NCBI RefSeq assembly: GCF_044704955.1
Contig: NW_027252026.1
Coordinates: 186,001 to 250,000, forward strand
From: Pristiophorus japonicus
Taxonomy: Eukaryota
DNA length: 64,000 nt
Direction of reading: 5' to 3'
Part shown: piece by piece, positions 32,859 to 46,009 of the stretch
Layout: each line of letters begins with the position of its first letter
How positions within the stretch are numbered: the stretch's first letter is position 1
Made by a program: the position numbers and the translations under genes
Notes under the pieces: model-generated
The model's input: the letters and a program-made list of their open reading frames with translations, nothing else
Database searches by the model: none
Told to the model about the DNA's origin: nothing

Positions 32859-34124
32859 CTCCATTCAAAGATGGTTACAGTAAAAATTACACCTCCCACC
32901 TCCTAGTACCTAAGCCTAGCTAGGTTAGACTCCAGGGCAGGCAGGGACTATGCTTACCAATCCTTTCTGGTCAGTTAGCGGTAGTTCACGATTTTGGTGT
33001 TCGTTGAGTTCTGTAGGTTCTGCTTGTCATACCCCGAACATCGGAGAGGACTTCTTACTGCACAATCTTCAGTTGGGCTGAGTCCGCTGATGTGGAAAGG
33101 CACGTTTTGGATTTGTGGGGTAAGTACCCATTTTCTATCATTAGAAGTAGGTTTTTACAGTACTTTAGGTAATGTTTTATCCATTGGTAGCTCAGGAACA
33201 GCTTGTAGAGTGGAAACTTTCGATTCTTCGGTTTCTTTCCGTTGGAGTTTTGTTTCGAGTTTGTTCGATCTCGGTGGCTTTTATTGGTACCACGTTGGCT
33301 GTGGTCAGTTGCTGCCACGATGGTGATCTTCTTCCTTCCCTTTTGGACTTCAGGACTTCGAGGCTGGAGAAGTTAGTTTTCAACTGTTGCGTTGCTTTCT
33401 CTCCCTTCTTGATGGCACAGTCGTAGTATGGTATACACGCATAGCATACTCAGTGTCTCCTGAGGTAGTAGCAACCTAGCCTCTGTTAAAACAGGGGCCA
33501 GTTATATGGTTTGAGCTGTCCTAATCTGCATGCCAAATAAGTCCAGAATGCTTTGTTTGAATTTGGCAGGCTTGACATTACTTTGTAATATTTTGGCGGG
33601 CTCGTTAAAAGTTTGCATGTCTTGGGTGGGTTGCTCTTCGAAATCTGTTTCCTGATGGAAAATATTGGCTTGGTAATCGAAATGTCCTTTTGTGCTTGGT
33701 TTTTGCATACAGGCTGTAGTGGGCCCTTTTGTTTTTATGCGTGCCGAAGATGGCTTTTCTCAATGCGGTTGGATTGCTGGCCATCTCTGAGTTAGTGTTG
33801 TAATATTAATGTCTCTTCTGGAGAAGGGTTTTCGAATATCTATTTCTCCAGACACTTTACGTTAGCCCCAACACCCAGACAGTTCCAATAATCAAGTTGG
33901 CTCCTTCAGTTCTTTGAGGCCTGCCCACAGACTTGAATTTGTCTTGTAAAAGTCCAAAATTCGATTAAAGTTCGTGGTTTCTTCCATAAGCACTTTAGGA
34001 TTTCAACTTTCTGGTAGATAGTCCCAAATTAAATTTCCTTTCCAGTGAGCCCAAACACTGGCCGGGGGAGGGGGGGTGGTGGGGCGGGGGAGGGGGGGGC
34101 GGTTTCCAGTGAATTTTGACCTTT

Positions 34125-34303
34125 CACCCCACTGGTCACTGCCTGCCATTCTAAAAAGGACCCGTTTATCCCGACTCTCTGCTTCCTGTCTGCCAACCAG
34201 TTCTCTATCCACGTCAATACATTACCCCCAATACCACGTGCTTTAATTTTGTACACCAATCTCTTGTGTGGGACCTTGTCAAAAGCCTTTTGCAAGTCCA
34301 AAT
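34125..34303 (-). mobile_element. Short CR1 RT fragment
   Basis: YLDLQKAFDKVPHKRL...WQAVTSG. Confidence 0.8.
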
Positions 34304-34704
34304 ATTTTCTCTGAACGTAGATGTTATAACCATGCATCCATTGTGGATACAAACCGTATTAGCATGTAACATTAGAATTTATTGTCTTTCCGTAATAGTA
34401 CCTAGTCAATTAGTTTATGCCATGCAGAGGAAGATATCCACGAATCAGGCGGACCAGAGGCACACCGGAGGAGGCCCTGCTGATATACAGACCCTGACTG
34501 ACTTGGCAGAATGTGCTGCAGCACTAGTGGGCAGTCACAGTCGCTCTGCCACCCGCGGTGGTGCAGGTCCCGTTGTTGTGCAGCGTGACTAATGTGTAAA
34601 GCAGTGGTAAACCAGAGTCATTTAAAGTCATTTAATGGCATTTCATTATAATATAATAATAATGCCATGTTGTGCATGCAGCTTCTGTAGTACTCTCAGT
34701 TAAA

Positions 34705-34920
34705 GAACATAAGAACATAAGAAATAGGAGCAGGAGTGGGCCATACGGCCCCTCGAGCCTGCTCTGCCATTCAATACGATCATGGCTGATCTGATCATGG
34801 ACTCAGCTCCACTTCCCTTCTCGCTCCCCATAAACCTTTACTCCCTTATCGCTCAAAAGTCTGTCTATCTCTGCCTTAAATATATTCAATGACCCAGCCT
34901 CCACAGCTCTCTGGGGCATA
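34705..34920 (-). mobile_element. CR1 3'-end fragment
   Basis: gaacataa tail followed by CR1 3' UTR. Confidence 0.8.
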
Positions 34921-36266
34921 GATGTACAACCATAATGATGTAATCATATGTAACGTCTCTTGTTCACATTTATTGCAGTAATGTTGCTCCTCGTACATAT
35001 GCCAGCACAGCGCAAGCATTCTCCTGTCTACCCTTCTGTTCCAATAACCTCAATGATGATTTGCAGGTCCCGAGACTCTCGAGGTGCGAAGGGAGGCCCC
35101 TCCACGGACGCCTGTGCCATTGCAGGTGGTCATCACCACGGGTCCAGAGGAGACTACTGAGGAGGAGGAAGATGACCAATTGTCATCTGTTGTACCTGCG
35201 GCCACGTCTTCATGGGCGGATGAAGTAGCGGGGCCAAGCGGCTTGCAGCAGGCCACTCCAAGGTGCACAGTGCCCACGCTGACCCCACGGAGGTTGATTC
35301 GGCGAGATAGGCATGCACTGCGACAGGCAGATCCTACTGAGGACCTGGTGGCACTGTCCAGGGACAGTGTCCATATCGGTCGACAGCTGCTCCAGGCGAT
35401 TGGTGGGTTGACCGGAAACACTGCCGCAATGTCCACATGAATATCGGAGGGCATGGAGCGGATAGTTTTGGTGGTCCCATCTGCAATTGTTGTCCTCTCC
35501 TGATAGCTAGGTTCTACAACATGCAGCACACCACAATAAGCTCCGCGACCTGCTCAGGGTGGTATTGCAGGTTACCTCCTGAGTGGTCCAGGCATCTGAA
35601 GCGCTGTTTAAGCACTCCAATTGACTTTCTAACGACATTGCATGTCGCTATATGGCTTTCATTGTAGCACTTCTCGGCTTCCATCTGGGCCTTACGCAGG
35701 GGGGTCATGAGCCAGCTGGCAAGGTCATATCCTTTATCCCCCAGCATCCAACCGTGACCTTGTGGCTGACTCTTAAACAGGTCAGAGACAGTGATCCCAT
35801 GCAAGATGTGTGCATCATGGATGCTGCCTGGATAATTGCATTTATTGCCAGGATTATTTGCTTGTGGTTGACAACGAGCTGCACGTTCAGGGAGTGGAAT
35901 CCTTTTCGCTTCCAAAGTATCTCTACATCCTGAAAAGGTGCTCACAGGGCGATGTGCGTACAGTCTATTGCTCCCTGCACCTTGAGGAAGTTTGCTATTT
36001 GCGAGAAACCCAAAGCCCTCTCAATCTGTGCCTTCCTGGTCATAGGGAAGTTTATAAAGTCCATCCTGAGTGCGTAAAGGGCTTCAGTCACCTGTCGAAT
36101 GGAGCAGTGTGTGTCGGGCGTGCTGATAGCTTCCGCAAATGTCGCCAGCTGAGGTTTGAAAGGAGCCCGATGCGTAGAAGGAAAGTGCCGCAGTAACCTT
36201 AACCTCAACAGGCAGTGCAGTCCTGATGGTGCTGGTAGACTGCAGATCTCCCTTGATGAGCTGGCA

Positions 36267-37200
36267 TAAGTTGGGTGGCAGTGTGAGCTGCGAGGAGGAT
36301 GCTGTGAGGCTGCAGAGCGACTTGGATAGGTTAGGTGAGTGGGCAAATGCATGGCAGATGAAGTATAATGTGGATAAATGTGAGGTTATCCACTTTGGTG
36401 GTAAAAACAGAGAGACAGACTATTATCTGAATGGTGACAGATTAGGAAAAGGGGAGGTGCAAAGAGACCTGGGTGTCATGGTACATCAGTCATTGAAGGT
36501 TGGCATGCAGGTGCAGCAGGCGGTTAAGAAAGCAAATGGCATGTTGGCCTTCATAGCAAGGGGATTTGAGTACAGGGGCAGGGAGGTGTTGCTACAGTTG
36601 TACAGGGCATTGGTGAGGCCACACCTGGAGTATTGTGTACAGTTTTGGTCTCCTAACCTGAGGAAGGACATTCTTGCTATTGAGGGAGTGCAGCGGAGGT
36701 TCACCAGACTGATTCCCGGGATGGCGGGACTGACCTATCAAGAAAGACTGGATCAACTGGGCTTGTATTCACTGGAGTTCAGAAGAATGAGAGGGGACCT
36801 CATAGAAACATTTAAAATTCTGACGGGGTTAGACAGGTTAGATGCAGGAAGAATGTTCCCAATGTTGGGGAAGTCCAGAACCAGAGGTCACAGTCTAAGG
36901 ATAAGGGGTAAGCCATTTAGGACCGAGATGCGGAGGAACTTCTTCACCCAGAGAGTGGTGAACCTGTGGAATTCTCTACCACAGAAAGTAGTTGAGGCCA
37001 ATTCACTAAATATATTCAAAAAGGAGTTAGATGAAGTCCTTACTACTAGGGGAATCAAGGGGTATGGCGAGAAAGCAGGAATGGGGTACTGAAGTTGAAT
37101 GTTCAGCCATAAACTCATTGAATGGCGGTGCAGGCTAGAAGGGCCGAATGGCCTACTCCTGCACCTATTTTCTATGTTTCTATGTTTCTATATGTTTCTA
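36267..37200 (+). mobile_element. Young 5'-truncated CR1 inserted into the Harbinger transposase
   Basis: Near-identical to the 3' end of the copies at 5712 and 29309. Removing it restores ISEICQ in the transposase frame. Confidence 0.93.
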
Positions 37201-37604
37201 TCTCACTGATGTCCTCCTTTCGGAAGCGCAGCCTCCTAACGCACATGTTATCGGACAAGTTCAGCTATGATCACTTTTCCCTGTAAATGCGTTGGGTGTA
37301 AGGTCTCCTCCTCTGCACCATTCTGCCAACTATTTGATTGGACACATAATGCTCTTCAATATACCTTCTCCCATCGTCAGTCTGCAGCATGTGATTAGTG
37401 ACCAATACTGGCTGAGAAATTACAGGCCCATCACTATCAATCACTAGAAATGCCCTTCATTTGTCCTCAACAGATACAAATGTGATTAGATGATTGGCAA
37501 GGGTCAAAAAGGCCCTTAAACTCACTCAGAGATTGATTCTCCTCACAAACACTTGAAGCAGCTTTTCAGTACAGATCCTCCGACTGTCGAAAAGGCGTCG
37601 GTAG

Positions 37605-39633
37605 TGCCGAGTATTGCCGAGTATTGCCGAGTGCTGCCGAGTATTGCCGAGTGCTGCCGAGTATTGCCGAGTGCTGCCGAGTATTGCAGAGTACTGCCGA
37701 GTATTACCGAGTACTGCCGAGTATTGCCGAGTATTGCAGAGTACTGCCGAGTATTGCCGAGTATTGCCGAGTATTGCAGAGTTCTGCCGAGTATTGCCGA
37801 GTGCTGCCGAGTATTGCAGAGTACTGCCGAGTATTACCGAGTACTGCCGAGTATTGCCGAGTATTGCAGAGTACTGCCGAGTATTACCGAGTACTGCCGA
37901 GTACTGCCGAGTATTGCCGAGTATTGCAGAGTATTGCAGAGTACTGCCGAGTACTGCCGAGTACTGCCGACTACTGCTGAGTCCTGCCGAGTCCTGCCGA
38001 GTACTGCCAAGTACTGCCAAGTACTGCCGAGTATTGCCGAGTACTGCCGACTACTGCCGAGTACTGCCGAGTATTGCCGAGTACTGCCGAGTACTGCCGA
38101 GTATTTCCGAGTACTGCCGAGTATTGCCGAGTACTGCCGAGTACTGCCGAGTATTGCCGAGTACTGCCGAGTACTGCCGAGTATTGCCGAGTACTGCCGA
38201 GTACTGCCGAGTATTTCCGAGTACTGCCGAGTATTGTCGAGTACTGCCGAGTACTGCCAAGTATTGCCGAGTACTGCCGACTACTGCCGAGTATTGCCGA
38301 GTATTTCCGAGTACTGCCGAGTATTGCCGAGTACTGCCGAGTACTGCCGAGTATTGCCGAGTACTGCCGAGTATTGCCGAGTACTGCCGAGTACTGCCGA
38401 GTATTGCCGAGTACTGCCGAGTACTGCCGAGTATTTCCGAGTATTTCCGAGTATTGCCGAGTACTGCCGAGTATTGCCGAGTATTGCCGAGTACTGCCGA
38501 GTACTGCCGAGTATTGCCGAGTATTGCTGAGTCCTGCCGAGTATTGCCGAGTATTTCCGAGTACTGCCGAGTATTTCCGAGTACTGCCGAGTATTTCCGA
38601 GTACTGCCGAGTACTGCCGAGTATTTCCGAGTACTGCCGAGTACTGCCGAGTACTGCCGAGTATTGCCGAGTATTGCCGAGTACTGCTGAGTATTGCCGA
38701 GTACTGCCGAGTATTGCTGAGTACTGCCGAGTATTGCCGAGTATTGCCGAGTACTGCCGAGTATTGCAGAGTACTGCCGAGTATTGCAGAGTACTGCCGA
38801 GTATTGCCGAGTACTGCCGAGTATTGCAGAGTATTGCCGAGTATTGCCGAGTACTGCCGAGTATTGCCGAGTACTGCCGAGTATTGCAGAGTACTGCCGA
38901 GTATTGCCGAGTACTGCCGAGTATTGCCAAGTACTGCCGATGACTGCCGAGTATTGCCGAGTACTGCCGACTACTGCCGAGTATTGCCGAGTATTTCCGA
39001 GTACTGCCGAGTATTGCCGAGTACTGCCGAGTATTGCCGAGTACTGCCGAGTATTGCCGAGTACTGCCGAGTACTGCCGAGTATTTCCGAGTACTGCCGA
39101 GTATTGCCGAGTACTGCCGAGTATTGCCGAGTACTGCCGACTACTGCCGAGTACTGCCGAGTACTGCCGAGTATTGCCGAGTATTTCCGAGTACTGCCGA
39201 GTACTGCCGAGTATTGCCGAGTACTGCCGAGTACTGCCGAGTATTTCCGAGTACTGCCGAGTCTTGCCGAGTACTGCCGAGTATTTCCGAGTACTGCCGA
39301 GTATTGCCGAGTACTGCCGAGTATTGCCGAGTACTGCCGAGTACTGCCGAGTATTGCCGAGTACTGCCGAGTATTGCCGAGTATTGCCGAGTACTGCCGA
39401 GTATTGCCGAGTACTGCCGAGTATTGCCGAGTATTGCCGAGTACTGCCGAGTATTGCCGAGTACTGCCGAGTACTGCCGAGTATTTCCGAGTACTGCCGA
39501 GTATTGGCGAGTACTGCCGAGTATTGCCGAGTACTGCCGAGTATTGCCGAGTACTGCCGAGTACTGCCGAGTATTGCCGAGTACTGCCGAGTACTGGCGA
39601 GTACTGCCGAGTACTGCCGAGTACTGCCGAGTA
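37605..39633. repeat. 10-bp tandem satellite (GAGTA(C/T)TGCC)n, ~200 copies
   Basis: Strict 10-nt periodicity over about 2 kb, with recurrent variants (gtatttccga, gtattgcaga, ctactgccga). Confidence 0.98.
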
Positions 39634-40121
39634 GCACCGACTTAAGGTCAGGTGAGTGCAGCTTTTTTTCAGCGACTTTTTCGACCAGCGACCATTTCGG
39701 CGAAGTGTGGGCAAAATGCCGGAAGTTGCGGTGGCGATAAATGGGCGATAATCGGGCACAAGTTTCCAGTTTCAGCACTATTCTCGGCCTGGCACGCAGA
39801 TGACGTCATATATTTTTTAAACTTAAGCCGGGCGATGCAGCACATTGATGTGTGCCAAAAGTTTGGCCGGGTGCTAGTTTCCACTTTCTGGCAAAAATGG
39901 GCAATAGCCTGTATCTCAGCATTAAATGGGCGATAAATGGGTGATAAATGGGCGATAAATGGGTGATAAATGGGCGATAAGTGGGCGATAAATGGGCAAT
40001 AAATGGGTGATAAATGGGCGATAAATGGGTGATAAATGGGCGATCAATAGGCGTAAATGGGCTATAAGTGGGCGATAAATGGGGGATAAATTGAGCGATG
40101 ATGTGCCGAAAGTCTAGTCCC

Positions 40122-41897
40122 ATAGATTCTAGAATGGTTCCCTTGGACTGGAATGTTGCTAATGTTACGCCACTATTTACGAAAGGAGGGAGAGAGAAAA
40201 CGGGGAACTACAGACCAGTTTGCCTGACATCAGTAATAGGGAAAATGCTCGAATCTATTATTAAGGGCACTGAGAAAATAATAATAGGATTGGGCAGAGT
40301 CAACATCGATTTATGAAAGGGAAAACGTGTTTGACAAATCTGTTTTGAGTTTTTTGAGGTGGTAACTAGAAGAATAGATCGGGGGAATCAGTGAATGTGG
40401 TCTAGTTTGGATATTCAGAAGGCATTCGATAAGGTGCCACACCAGAGATTATTAAACAAAGGAGGGTTGATGGGATTAGGGGTAATATACTAGCATGGAT
40501 TGAGGATTGGTTAAAGGGTTGGGAAAATGTTGTTAAAGAATCAGTAGCAGGACATTTGGAAAAACATAATGCAGTCAGGCAGAGTCAGCATGGATTTATG
40601 AAGGGGAAGTCATGTTTGACAAACTTGCTGGAATTCTTTGAGGATCTAATGAACAGGGTGGATAAAGGGGAACCTGTGGATGTGGTGTATTTGGATTTCC
40701 AGAAGACATTTGACAAGGTGCCACATAAAAGGTTACTGCACAAGATAAAAGTTAACGGGGTTGGGGGTGATATATTAGCATGGATAGAGGATTGGCTAAC
40801 TAACAGAAAACAGAGAGTCGGAATAAATGGTTCATTCTCTGGTTGGCAATCAGTAACTAGTGGGGTGCTGCAGGGATCAGTGCTGGGACCCCACCTATTT
40901 ACAATCTATATTAATGATTGGAAGAAGAGACCGAGTGTAACGGAGCCAAGTTTGCGAGCGAAACAAAGATGGGAGGAAAAGCAATGAGTGAGGAGGACAA
41001 AAAAAATCTGCAAAAGGACATAGACAGGCTAAGTGAGTGGGCAAACATTTGGCAGATGGAGTATAATGTTGGAAAGTGTGAGGTCATGCACTTTGGCAGA
41101 AAAAAAATCAAAGAGCAAGTTATTATTTAAATGGAGAAAGATTGCAAAGTGCCGCAGTACAGTGAGATCTGGGGGTCCTGGTGCATGAAATACAAAAGGA
41201 TAGTATGCAGGTACAGCAAGTGATCAGGAAGGTCAATGGAATCTTGGCCTTTATTGCAAAGGGGATGGAGTATAAAAGCAGGGAAGTCTTGCTACAGTTA
41301 TACAGGGTATTGGTGAGGCCACACCTGGAATACTGCGTGCAGTTTTGCTTTCCATATTTACGAAAGGATGTACTTGCTTTGGAGGCAGTTCAGAGAAGGA
41401 TCACTAGGTTGATTCCGGAGATGAGGGGGCTGACTTATGAGGAAAGGCTGAGGAGGTTAGGCCTCTATTCATTGGAATTCAGAAGAATGAGAGGGGATCT
41501 TATCGAAGCGTTTAAGATTATGAGGGGGCTTGACAAGGTGGATGCAGAGAGGATGTTTCTGCTGATGGGGGAGACTAGAACTAGGGGGCATGATCTTAGA
41601 ATAAGGGGCCGCCCATTTAAAAATGAGATGAGGAGGAATTTCTTCTCTCAGAGGGTTGTAAATCTTTGGAATTCACTGCCTCAGTCTGCTTTTGGATGCT
41701 GGATCATTTAATGGATTTGACAGAAAGAGACAGTTTTTAACTGATAAGGGGTTAAGGGGTTATGGGGAGTGGGCAGGGAAGTGGATCTGAGTCCATGATC
41801 CGAACAGCCATGATCGTATTAAATAGCGGAGCAACTCGAGGGGCCTTATGGCCTACTCCTGCTCCTATTTCTTATGTTCTTATGTTCTTATGTTCTT
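40122..41897 (+). mobile_element. Two adjoining CR1 ORF2 fragments with 3' tail
   Basis: The RT segment occurs twice (40122-40515 and 40516-41897), ending in a (ttcttatg)n tail. Confidence 0.88.
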
Positions 41898-44800
41898 ATG
41901 ACTGCTGCACCACCGTTGCTCTGAGCGTCCAGCACTCCAAACCCAAGAAACACAAAAGCTGTCTCAGAAGGACATTGGAGTGCTAGAGTCATCCTCCACC
42001 CAGAAATGTGGGCATGGAGAAGGCAAACAAGTTTATCATTGTCCATCGCCCGAGCAGTACATTTGGATGCGGTCAGCAATTCCATACAATACATTTGGAT
42101 GCTGGGTTATAACCAAGTGTAAAGCTGTTATTGTATTCTAGTGCATCTAGTCATTTTAATCTCAAGCCCAGGGGTTTTTGACCAACACAGTTACATCAAG
42201 GTAACTCGACGGGTCAAACCGTGACATCACAGGGCAAGCCTGACCCTACCCTGTGCATCACAGTGAGATCAAGCATCACAATAGGTTTGTAACCTGGGGC
42301 TACCTGAGACACAAGCAGCTTCAGTGAAGGAAAGCACAGACTGAGACTAACTGGCTGATATCTCTAGCAGTGAATGTGGCCGGATACAATATCTCACCAT
42401 TTTTGCTTTTTGAAGAGAACACTATGAAAACATCATCAACCAGCAGATTAGAGAGAAGGTTGTGAGCTTTGAAAGGTTGGGATTAACCTATTGATCTTGT
42501 ATCATTTGTGAAAGTCAGAATGAGCAACATAACGAGTTTAATAGATACAGTAATACTGGTGCACAGTAGCTTGTTAGAACAGTACATTTTGTTGTTATTC
42601 GATCTTCTTTGGGGTTGTTAATAGTTAGTCTGGAGCCTGTTGCCTGCTCACAGATGGTTACTGAGTCCCACTCTCAGCTCCCTCACTAACCAGACTCTCC
42701 CAGCCCTTGCGTTTGGTGCTCACTCCATGTTCTGTAAATGTAGACAACTACTTATCATTGATAGATCTCCTGGGGCATTGCTCGGGACAGTCTGCAGGGT
42801 GAGCAACAGTCACACATGTAACTGGGCCTCACTGAGAGAAGGGGGCACGGAGAAGGCAAACAATCCCATCACTGCCCATTGCCCGCACACCCGACTCTCT
42901 GGGTCATAACCAAGTGCAAAGCGGTTATTGTATTCCAGCACATCCAACCTAAGGCCCAAGGCTTTTTGGCCAAACACCGTTGTATCAAAGTGAGGCCCTT
43001 TCACTGGACGGGTCAAACTGTGACATCACAGGGCAAGCCTGACCCTACCCTGTGCATCACGTGATCACTGACATCACGATAGGTTTGTAAACAGGGGCAA
43101 CATGAGGCAGAAGAGGTTGCACTAGCAGTTTCAGTGAAGGAAAGGGAGCTGTTTTGACTGACTAACTGGCTGATTTCTCTAGGAGTGAATGTGGCCGGCT
43201 AGAAGATCTGGTGAAGGGAGCGTGAACAATGGAATCATCACTAACCAGCTGACAGTCGGAAGGGTGTTGCTATGGAAGGTTTGTTTATTCCAGCTCGAAC
43301 TAGGAGGCATAATCTTAGAATAAGGGGCCGCCCATTTAAAACTGAGATGAGGAGGAATTACTTCTCTCAGAGGGTTGTAAACCTGTAGAATTCACAGACT
43401 CAGAGTGCTTTGGATGCTGGGCCATTGAATGGATTTAAGACAGAGATCGACTGTTTCTTAAATGATAAGGGGTTAAGGGGTTATGGGGAGCGGGCAGGGA
43501 AATGGACCTGAGTCCATGATCGTATTAAATGGTGGAGCAGGCTCGAGGGGCCGAATGGCCTGCTCCTGCTCCTATTTCTTATGTTCTTATGTTCTTATGA
43601 CTGCTGCACCACCATTGATCTGAGCGTCCAGCACTCCAAACCCAAGAAACACAAACGCTGTTTCAGAAGGACATTGGAGTGCTAGAGTCATCCTCCACCC
43701 AGAGATGTGGGCACGGAGAAGGCAAACAAGTTTATCATTGTCCATCGCCCGAGCACCCACATCTCTGGGTCATAACCAAGTGTAAAGCTATTATCGCATT
43801 CTAGTGCATCTAGACCTTGTAATCTAAAGCCCAGGGTTTTTTAGCCAAACGCAGTTACATCAAGGTGAAGACCTTTCACTGGACGGGTCAAACTGTGACA
43901 TCACAGGGCAAGCCTGACCCTACCCTGTGCATCACGTGATCACTGACATCACAATAGGTTTGTAAACAGGGGCAACATGAGGCAGAGAGGCTGCACAAGC
44001 AGTTTCAGTGAAGGAAAGGGAGCTGTACTGAATGTGACTAACTGGCTGATCTCTCTAGGAGTGAATGTGGCCGGCTAGAAGACCTGGTGAAGGGAGTGTG
44101 AATAATGGAATCATCGCTAACCAGCTGACAATCGGAAGGGTGTTGCTGTGGAAGGTTTGTTTCTTCCAGCTAGAACTAGGAGGCATAATCTTAGATTAAG
44201 GGCCGCCCATTTAAAACTGAGATGAGGAGGAATTTCTTCTTTCAGAGGGTTGTAAACCTGTGGAATTCACAGACTCAGAGTGCTTTGGATGCTGGGTCAT
44301 TGGATGGATTTAAGGCAGAGATAGAGAGTTTCTTAACTGATAAGGGAATAAGGGGTTATGGGGAGCGGGCAGGGAAGTGGACCTGATCGGATCAGCCATG
44401 ATCGTATTAAATAGCGGAGCAGGCTCGAGGTGCCGAATGGCCTACTCCTGCTCCTATTTCTTATGTTCTTATGTTCTTATGACTGCTGCACCACCATTGA
44501 TCTGAGTGTCCAGCACTCCAAGAAACACAAACGCTGTTTCAGAAGGACATAGGAGTGCGAGAATCATCCTCCACCCAGAGATGTGGGCACGGAGAAGGCA
44601 AACTAGTTTATCATTGCCCATCGCCCGAGCACCCTCTTCTTGAGGTAATTTTTTTAATATTTCAAAATAGAAACATAGAAATATAGACACATGAAAATAG
44701 GTGCAGGAGTAGGCCATTCGGCCCTTCTAGCCTACACCGCCATTCAATGAGTTCATGGCTGAACATGCAACTTCAGTGCCCCATTCCTGCTTTCTTGCCA

Positions 44801-45909
44801 TACCCCTTGATCCCCCGAGTAGTAAGGACTACATCTAACTCCTTTTTGAAAATATTTAGTGAATTGGCCTCAACAACTTTCTGTGATAGAGAATTCCACA
44901 GGTTCACCACTCTCTGAGTGAAGAAGTTTCTCCTCATCTCGGTCCTAAATGGCTTACCACTTATCCTTAGACTGTGACACCTGGTTCTGGACTTCCCCAA
45001 CATTGGGAACATTCTTCCTGCATCTAACCTGTCTAAATCCGTCAGAATTTTAAACGTTTCGATGAGAACCCCTCTCATTCTTCTGAACTCCAGTGAATAC
45101 AAGCCCAGTTGATCCAGTCTTTCTTGAAATGTCAGTCCCGCCAACACGGGAATCAGTCTGGTGAACTTTCGCTGCACTCCCTCAATAGCAGGAATGTCCT
45201 TCCGCAAGTTAGGGACCAAAACTATACACAATACTCCAGATGTGGCCTCACCAAGGCCCTGTACAACTGTAGTAACACCTCGTTGTCCCTGTACTTTGAG
45301 GATATAACGTGCATGGTGGATAGAGGTATACCGATGGATGTGGTGTATTTAGATTTCCAAATGGCATTCGATAAGGTGCCACACAAAAGGTTACTGCAGA
45401 AGATAAAGGTACGCGGAGTCACAGGAAATGTATTAGCATGGATAGAGATTTGGCTGGCTAACAGAAAGCAGAGAGTCGGGATAAATGGGTCCTTTTCGGG
45501 TTGGAAATCGGTGGTTAGTGGTGTGCCACAGGGATCGGTGCTGGGACCACAACTGTTTACAATATACATAGATGACCTAGAAGAGGGGACAGAGTGTAGT
45601 GTAACAAAATTTGCAGATGACACAAAGACTAGTGGGAAAGCGGGTTGTGTAGAGGACACAGAGAGGCTGCAAAGAGATTTAGATAGGTTAAGCGAATGGG
45701 CTAAGGTTTGGCAGATGGAATACAATGTCGGAATATGTGAGGTCATCCACCTTGGAATAAAAAACAGTAAAAGGGAATATTATTTGAATGGGGAGAAATT
45801 ACAACATGCTGCGGTGCAGAGGGACCCTGAGGGTCCTTGTGCATGAAACTCTCTTTGGGTAAACAATTAGTTCAAGTGCCCCCTGAATACAGGGGTGGGA
45901 TAGAGCCTC

Positions 45910-46002
45910 CAGTCTTCCATCCAAGTACTAACAAGGCCTGACTTTGCTTAGCTTTCAAGATCAGATGAGAGCAGGCATTTTCAGACTAGTGTGGTCGTAG
46001 GC
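45910..46002 (-). pseudogene. 5S rRNA-derived sequence (about nt 1-93), 3'-truncated
   Basis: GCCTACGACCACACTAGTCTGAA...TGATCTTGAAAGCTAAGCAAAGTCAGGCCTTGTTAGTACTTGGATGGAAGACTG retains the box A, IE and box C regions of 5S. Confidence 0.9.
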
Positions 46003-46009
46003 CTAAATC

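Larger units (their letters stand above)
27256..34000 (-). mobile_element. Truncated LTR retroelement (putative long LTR + PBS + coiled-coil gag), split by a CR1 at 29309-32858
   Basis: LTR ends ...TTACA at 29089 and the PBS is at 29068-29085. Gag starts within the PBS (MATAAGLW) with a long coiled coil, DHGPC and capsid-like LGKLTPKGDPSVHF. Pol is absent, and the upstream boundary is uncertain. Confidence 0.7.
34304..40121. mobile_element. PIF/Harbinger DNA transposon: Myb/SANT gene 3' part (+), HARBI1-like DDE transposase (-), subterminal repeats and TIR
   Basis: Plus strand RHTGGGPADIQTLT (34420-35440). Minus strand VRRLRFRKE, VQGAIDCTH, YPGSIHDAHIL, LGDKGY and IGVLKQRFRCLD (35480-37400). 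11-bp TAAATGGGCGA repeats at 39920-40090; terminus GGGACTAGACTTT at 40121. Confidence 0.85.

Noticed and set aside
37526-39778. Long ORFs (up to 575 aa) in several frames, and a CRISPR-like regular appearance
   Set aside because: The 10-mer unit simply lacks stop codons. There are no unique spacers or cas genes, and the DNA is eukaryotic.
42258-42285. RSS-like CACAGTG-12 nt-ACAATAGGT (also at ~47206)
   Set aside because: The nonamer matches only 5/9 and loses the critical A tract. The other five units have CACGTG instead of the heptamer, and no V, D or J coding segment is adjacent.
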